From Minisyncoccota bacterium (lineage in GTDB: Bacteria > Patescibacteriota > Minisyncoccia > Phycocordibacterales > UBA918): a stretch of DNA of 64,000 nt. Positions 58,613-64,000 of this stretch are shown piece by piece; the stretch's first letter is position 1, and each line of letters opens with the position of its first letter. Position numbers and translations under genes: made by a program. The stretch is from the NCBI GenBank assembly GCA_021734905.1, contig JAIPIB010000004.1, positions 6,743 through 70,742 of the forward strand, written 5' to 3'. Under the pieces are notes generated by a model. It had not been told where the DNA came from. It did not search any database and saw nothing but the letters and a program-made list of their open reading frames with translations.

Positions 58613-59961
58613 AATCTTTTGAAAACGACTTAAAAAAATACGCAGAAAAAATACATCTTAAAGTCTCAGAGAGACGGGAGCTTCGTGAGCGTGTTTTGTC
58701 GTACATGGAATATCACCCACTTCCAAAGCAAACACATACTATTGAGAAGCACGCGCAAGGGATTCTCTCAGAGTCTTTTGTTATGTTTCATTTTAATACA
58801 AAGTACATGCGTATAGCTGGAGGCTTTTTCGCTCTGGTATTGATCGTCGCTCCTTTTGTTGCCGAGAAGTCTGTTCCGGGTGACGCTCTCTATCTTGTTA
58901 AGACAGGTTTTAATGAAACCATTCAAGAGCAGTTTGCTAATTCTCCATATAAGAAGATTGAGTTTGAAACAAAACTTATGGAGCGACGTATTGCAGAAGC
59001 GAGAGTCCTTGCAAGCGAAGGAAAACTTACTCAAGAAGTTACGACCCAGCTCGCAGCAACAGTGAAAGAGCACACGGATGCAGTACAAACTGGCCTTGCT
59101 GAACTCCGTACTCAAGACGCTGACGGTGCCGCAATTGCAGAAATTGCTTTCAATTCGTCACTGGAGGTTCAGTCAGCAGTTCTTGGAGCAAATGAAAGTA
59201 CAAATAGCACGTCATCAATTGATTCGATTCTTACTGTCGTGAATGATGCTCGTGATGTGGTTGTCTTGAATCAAGGATCGGTACCGTCATTTGAGGGACT
59301 AAGTGCTCGTGTAGAAATCGAGACGACACGTGCTTATGAATTATTGAAGACTATACGACTGACAGCTACACCTGAAGAGATTGTTGATATTGAGCGTCGA
59401 CTTTCAGACGGCGATAGGCTTTTATTTGAGGCAAAAGAGCGATATTTAACAGAACCTGATCGTGCAATAGAGGATCTTGCAGCAACGCTGAAGCTCTACC
59501 AAAAACTCATTGTTTTCATGGCTGATATAAATATTCAAAAGACTGTTTCGTTGGAATCTATCGTTCCGGTAGTCTTAAGTTACGAAGAGAGGGTCACTAC
59601 AGTGAACGCCGAAATTCAGAAAATTGGTGAGGTTGCCACAACAGTTGTACAACGTCTTGAGTTAATTGATGATAAAGGAGTTCAAGAAAAGGTGGAGAGT
59701 GGAGTTTCTCGAGTCTATGAATTGCTTGGTCAAGCAGCGGCAGCGATTGAGATTAAGGAAGTAAAGAATGCTGAAAGTAGTATTGGTGAAGCACGAGCAC
59801 TTGTTACAGATTTGAATACGATGACAGTGTTTTCGAAAGAATCTGAAGATAATGACTTGATTCCTGCGGATGGGGGAAAGGACACTGAAGAGAAGACGTC
59901 TAGCGAGCAAAGTTTGATCAACAAAGCCTCAAGTACAAAAAGTATAGAACCACTATCTTAA
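58609..59961 (+). CDS. Probable anti-sigma factor, DUF5667-like
   Basis: ATGA overlap with the sigma gene; TM, then SVPGDALYLVK...NE and RIAEA. Confidence 0.7.
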   Translation: MKSFENDLKKYAEKIHLKVSERRELRERVLSYMEYHPLPKQTHTIEKHAQGILSESFVMFHFNTKYMRIAGGFFALVLIVAPFVAEKSVPGDALYLVKTGFNETIQEQFANSPYKKIEFETKLMERRIAEARVLASEGKLTQEVTTQLAATVKEHTDAVQTGLAELRTQDADGAAIAEIAFNSSLEVQSAVLGANESTNSTSSIDSILTVVNDARDVVVLNQGSVPSFEGLSARVEIETTRAYELLKTIRLTATPEEIVDIERRLSDGDRLLFEAKERYLTEPDRAIEDLAATLKLYQKLIVFMADINIQKTVSLESIVPVVLSYEERVTTVNAEIQKIGEVATTVVQRLELIDDKGVQEKVESGVSRVYELLGQAAAAIEIKEVKNAESSIGEARALVTDLNTMTVFSKESEDNDLIPADGGKDTEEKTSSEQSLINKASSTKSIEPLS

Positions 59962-60029
59962 AAAGTATACGTAAAAAGCACAGTTGGACTTTTGTCAATT
60001 GTGCTTTTTACGTATTGCAGAAAAATTTA

Positions 60030-61193
60030 TTATTGATTACCTGCATCAAGTTCTTCTTCGAGAAGGCCAGCAAGAAAGGGCACCATTGCAATTTTGAAGA
60101 TATTTCCTCGAAGGGCAGGATCACCTTGCATGTTTTGGAAAAGTGAAAAACCAGTTTCTTCAATAATAGTCCTATCAACATATGAAAGTGTAATTGCGCG
60201 GAGACTGTGTTCACCTTCCGTTCTCTCATCTCCTTTTGTTGCAATGAGTCCAATGACGTTATGAGTATCTCTTGTCACAATAGGGCCTCCTGAAGCACCC
60301 TGCTCTCCTACAGGCGACTCTGAGATAGAGAATATGTCTGCATAGTTACTTCCAAAAGTATAGAGAGTGCCGATTGTTGTTGGAGCAAGTACAGGGAAGA
60401 TTTTTGTATCTGCACCGTTCCGTATGAGTGCTTCGGCAGGATAACCCGCCGTAACGACAGAGGATCCACTCATTGCGCGAGAAAGTAAGGCAACATCAAT
60501 TTGGATTGAAGGGAACCTGGCGGGCAGAGGTGCTGAGTCGATGGATTTTGAAACATATAACAGAGCATAATCCCGTTCGCCAGTACCTCGTGGAGTTTCG
60601 CTTGTAATTAGGTTTGCGTTTTCAAATATCCATGTTGGAGAAATATACAGAAGCTCTGCTTTATATTTCGGAGACGCTGGATTACCAGATCGTATTACGC
60701 AGTCAATGTTTTTTGTAGAACCCTGTGCATCTTTAAGAAGTAAAAATTGTGCGACGTGAGCATTTGTAAGAATGATGCCCTTTTGGTTAATAAAAAAACC
60801 AGTACCAGTAGTTGTCCTGATATATTTGTCTGTTTTATATTGGCAGTAGATATTTACAAGGGCGTTAGTTATCTTTGTATCAAGAGGGACGTTGTTGTCC
60901 TGTGTGGATGCGTCCTCAGTGTCTGTGCTCGCAATTACTGCTGCTTTTTGGAACCCTACGTGCTCAAGAAGAATTCGAGGGATAGCTCCAGTAGGTGTGA
61001 CGCTTCTTTCCTGACCGGCATTTGAAATTTTTGTGAGAGGGGTATCCTCGATATGTGTAGCAACCTCTTTTGAATTTGAAACTTGTTCGGGCAGGAGTAA
61101 TGACTCAATGTGCCCTGAGAGAGAGTTTGTAAAAGCAAGATATCCAACAAGGATGCTTGTGACAATGTTTCCAATAAAGGTTAGAAATACCAT
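60030..61193 (-). CDS. Trypsin-like serine protease
   Basis: GTGF, ILTNAHV (His), DYALL (Asp), GASGGP (Ser). Confidence 0.88.
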   Translation of the reverse strand: MVFLTFIGNIVTSILVGYLAFTNSLSGHIESLLLPEQVSNSKEVATHIEDTPLTKISNAGQERSVTPTGAIPRILLEHVGFQKAAVIASTDTEDASTQDNNVPLDTKITNALVNIYCQYKTDKYIRTTTGTGFFINQKGIILTNAHVAQFLLLKDAQGSTKNIDCVIRSGNPASPKYKAELLYISPTWIFENANLITSETPRGTGERDYALLYVSKSIDSAPLPARFPSIQIDVALLSRAMSGSSVVTAGYPAEALIRNGADTKIFPVLAPTTIGTLYTFGSNYADIFSISESPVGEQGASGGPIVTRDTHNVIGLIATKGDERTEGEHSLRAITLSYVDRTIIEETGFSLFQNMQGDPALRGNIFKIAMVPFLAGLLEEELDAGNQ

Positions 61194-61303
61194 GTTGTCA
61201 TTGATTGTATCATGGGGTTTAAAGTGGGAACTGTTTATGCTAGAATCATCCGGGATAAGTGTGTGATGGTTGTGGCGACTATTTCACTGTATCTTCTTCA
61301 CTC

Positions 61304-61374
61304 GCGGGTGTAGTTTAGTGGTAAAACGACTGCCTTCCAAGCAGTAGTTGGGGGTTCGATTCCTCTCGCCCGCA
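61304..61374 (+). tRNA. tRNA-Gly(UCC), no encoded CCA
   Basis: GCGGGTG/CGCCCGC; ACTGC-CTTCCAA-GCAGT; GGTTCGATTCC. Confidence 0.95.
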
Positions 61375-61544
61375 CATTTGAAAGACCGCCTTAGGGCGGT
61401 TTTTCAGTGTGCGGGCGAAGCAACCTGCTGGGAGCAGGTTGCGCGAGGAATCGAAAAGGTTGTCAGATATTTTAGGAACGAAGTAAACTAAAATATCGAC
61501 AACCTGTACTGACCATGTAATGGTCGATTCCTCTCGCCCGCACA
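61375..61544 (+). repeat. tRNA-Gly-derived structured element
   Basis: Antisense tRNA end (61408-61454, with an inserted hairpin), core shared with the Arg element, sense copy at 61524-61544. Confidence 0.9.
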
Positions 61545-61619
61545 AACTGTAAGACTCAAAAATTAGATGTACTTTCAGCAATTTGATTGCAATATAAAAA
61601 CCCCTCACAAGGGGGTTTT

Positions 61620-61708
61620 TATAGTGGTGGGAACTAATGGATGTATACCCATCGTCTCCTTGATAGCGTTACTTGGTGTACATGTACCAAGTTAATACCT
61701 CCGCTATA
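61620..61708 (-). ncRNA. Candidate small RNA
   Basis: Extended -10 (TGTTATCAT) upstream, closing stem, two hairpins, terminator at 61596-61620. Confidence 0.4.
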
Positions 61709-61819
61709 AATACATGATAACATTTTTTTAATAAAAACAAATATGGGGATAAAGTTTTATGTGTCTGAAATATAAAATCCCCGCAGGCATAAGCCTGCGG
61801 GGATTTTAAAAGGAGAAGA

Positions 61820-62092
61820 TTATTTCACTGCATCCTTAAGTGCCTTTGCTGCGCGGAACTTTGGTACACGCATTGCTGGAATATCAATAGACTCACCAGT
61901 ACGTGGGTTACGTCCTGTGCGAGCATTTCGAGTCTTCGATGAGAAGATACCAAGCCCAGCGATTGATACTTCATTTCCTTTCTTCAAGGAATCAACGATA
62001 CAATCGATTGATGTTTCTACTGCTCGTTCTGCGTCTGCACGAGTTCCACCTACTGTCTCGTGTACTTTGTCAATTATGTCTGCCTTATTCAT
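61820..62092 (-). CDS. hup: DNA-binding protein HU
   Basis: MNKADII...GLGIF....R.ARTGRNPRTGE.I.IPA..VPKFRA.KALKDAVK. Confidence 0.96.
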   Translation of the reverse strand: MNKADIIDKVHETVGGTRADAERAVETSIDCIVDSLKKGNEVSIAGLGIFSSKTRNARTGRNPRTGESIDIPAMRVPKFRAAKALKDAVK

Positions 62093-62229
62093 AGTGTATG
62101 AAATTGTAACTAGTGGCGTATAATAATTTGTGCGATGCACTTGATGCCATAATGTGGCTACAAACAATTATATAGTACGGTTTCAGTTGTGCAATACACT
62201 ACCGCACTATAATATTGTGTGGTGTAATA

Positions 62230-63753
62230 TTATCTCGCGTATTCAATTGCCCTTGATTCTCGTATCACATTCACTTTAATTTCCCCAGGATAGCGAAGTT
62301 TTTCCTCAATATCAGTCGCAATACTTCGTGCAAGACTGAGTGCTTCGAGGTCAGTGATTTTTTCAGGGTTTACAATAACGCGTACTTCACGGCCTGCTTG
62401 AATTGCAAATGCCTTCTCTACGCCAGGCATAGAGGTTGCGATTTCTTCGAGTTCAGCAAGTCTTTTTATATAGTTTTCAATTGAATCACGTCGTGCTCCA
62501 GGCCGTCCTCCAGATATCGCGTCAGCAACTTGTACAATGATCGATTCAAGAGTGTCGAAAGGATATTCTTCGTGGTGGGCACGCATTGCAATGATAACTT
62601 TCTCATCAACCTCATATTTCTGAAGGATACGAATACCAATCTCTACATGGGTTCCTTGAACTTCCTGACTTACTGTTTTCCCAATGTCATGAAGAAGTGC
62701 ACCAGCACGAGCGACAGCGACATCTGCTCCTACTTCCTCAGCAATAATGGCTGCTATGTGTGCCATTTCGACTGAATGCCAGAGAACGTTCTGGCCGTAA
62801 CTGGTACGGAAATGAAGACGTCCGAGGATTTTTACAAGGTCGGGGTGAAGGTTTGAGACACCAGCTTCGTATGCTGCCTTCTCACCCATCTTGCGGACAA
62901 TGGTACCAACTTCACCCCGAGCTTTCTCAACAACCTCCTCGATTTTTGCTGGCTGGATTCTTCCATCAGCAAGAAGACTCTCAAGTGCTACGCGTGCAAT
63001 CTCGCGGCGTACTGGATCAAATGATGAAAGGGTAATGTGCCCAGGAACATCATCAATGAGTACATCAACGCCAGTCGCTCGTTCAAAAGCTCTCACATTA
63101 CGACCTTCCTTACCAATAATTTTACCCTTCATGTCGTCACTCGGTAGCTCAATGGTTGAGCTCATGATGTCGACACGGAGTGTGTTTCCGATACGGTGAA
63201 TTGCAGACGTAATTATATTACGAGCCTGTTCATCAAATTGTTCGTCACCACGCACTTGAAGCTTTTGGAGCCGTGCAAGAATATCTGACTCACGTTCTTT
63301 TTCAACAACCGTAACGAGTTTCTCGTAGGCTTCTTCTTTTGAAAGTCCAGAAATAGCCTCAATTTTTGCATTGATCTCTGTTTCATGTCCGTCAAGACGC
63401 GTCTTGATTTCTTTGATCTGATCTATTTTTTCACGAACTGACTCGATTTGTGAGTCGACGTCTATTTGACGTTTGTCGAGAAGCTCTTCTTTGCGAATAA
63501 ATCGTTCTTCGGTTTTAGCTAGTTTTTCTTCCTGTTCTTTAAACTCTTGCTTCTTTTCTTTTTCTAGCGCTTCGACTTTTGCTTCAGCTTTTTCAATTAT
63601 CTTAAGGGCTTTTCCTTCCGCATCAATAACACGTTCTTTAATCGAGATTTCAAGTGATTCTTTCTGACTAATTGCGTGTATGTACCTGAGATAATATCCT
63701 AAAGCAATGCCGAGTACTCCTGCGCCAAGGAATATAAGTATTGTGGCTGGCAT
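62230..63753 (-). CDS. rny: Ribonuclease Y
   Basis: TM, coiled coil, KH (KGKIIGKEGRN), HD (LLHDIGK), AIQAGREVRV. ATG at 63753 preferred. Confidence 0.96.
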   Translation of the reverse strand: MPATILIFLGAGVLGIALGYYLRYIHAISQKESLEISIKERVIDAEGKALKIIEKAEAKVEALEKEKKQEFKEQEEKLAKTEERFIRKEELLDKRQIDVDSQIESVREKIDQIKEIKTRLDGHETEINAKIEAISGLSKEEAYEKLVTVVEKERESDILARLQKLQVRGDEQFDEQARNIITSAIHRIGNTLRVDIMSSTIELPSDDMKGKIIGKEGRNVRAFERATGVDVLIDDVPGHITLSSFDPVRREIARVALESLLADGRIQPAKIEEVVEKARGEVGTIVRKMGEKAAYEAGVSNLHPDLVKILGRLHFRTSYGQNVLWHSVEMAHIAAIIAEEVGADVAVARAGALLHDIGKTVSQEVQGTHVEIGIRILQKYEVDEKVIIAMRAHHEEYPFDTLESIIVQVADAISGGRPGARRDSIENYIKRLAELEEIATSMPGVEKAFAIQAGREVRVIVNPEKITDLEALSLARSIATDIEEKLRYPGEIKVNVIRESRAIEYAR

Positions 63754-63925
63754 ACTGGATATGCGACGGTGGATATGTCTGTGTCGTGAACTGACCCCAT
63801 CCAACCATCTGGGTTATGTTTATTCAATAATCGACACTCTCACAGTAACAGAAGAAATGATGAGTGTCGAATAAAATACACAAAACCGTCAGACCTCTGG
63901 TCTGACGGTTTTAGGTGTTGGTTTT

Positions 63926-64000
63926 TTACTTAAGGATCGTATCCACTAGACCGTAACGTTTGGCTTCGTCGGCCGACATGAAGAAATCGCGGTCAGTATC
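63926..64000 (-). CDS. clpP: ClpP protease, C-terminal end (partial)
   Basis: DTDRDFFMSADEAKRYGLVDTILK*. Confidence 0.9.
   Translation of the reverse strand, partial: DTDRDFFMSADEAKRYGLVDTILK

Noticed and set aside
1-64000. Genome-wide TGA recoding (code 25 or 4), suggested by the TGA-interrupted frames
   Set aside because: Conserved genes have no internal TGA, and thrC, xth, cca and the ABC-F gene end in TGA at their expected C-termini.

Overview
This window looks like the origin-proximal chromosome of a Patescibacteria/CPR (Parcubacteria-like) bacterium, inferred from gene content and protein style. It uses the standard genetic code (TGA ends several intact genes). It opens with dnaN-oriC-dnaA / rpmH-rnpA-yidC, followed by an 11-gene VirB4/PrgI/VirB6/pilin-like secretion cluster with no relaxase in the window. 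Housekeeping genes follow: rsmA, pcrA, comM, pnp, rpsO, a Xer recombinase, xth, cca, corA, HU, rny and the end of clpP. There are four tRNA genes (Arg-UCG, Gly-GCC, Pro-UGG, Gly-UCC) and a cluster of about 10 parS sites in and around yraN. The most unusual signal is non-coding: all four tRNA genes are followed by related, covarying structured elements built from copies of that tRNA's own 3' end around a TGTAA-loop hairpin. At tRNA-Arg, two 136-bp copies of the element bracket an AAA-ATPase/RloB-like defence pair. At tRNA-Pro, an intact tRNA is nested inside the anticodon loop of a second, fragmented copy. At tRNA-Gly(GCC), the array ends in a stand-alone 23S rRNA L1-stalk-like module. A second accessory island (51.7-57.3 kb) has cassette-like repeated leaders, boxA-like sites and a candidate ~370-nt structured RNA. 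All calls come from reading the sequence by eye; no database searches or folding programs were run.
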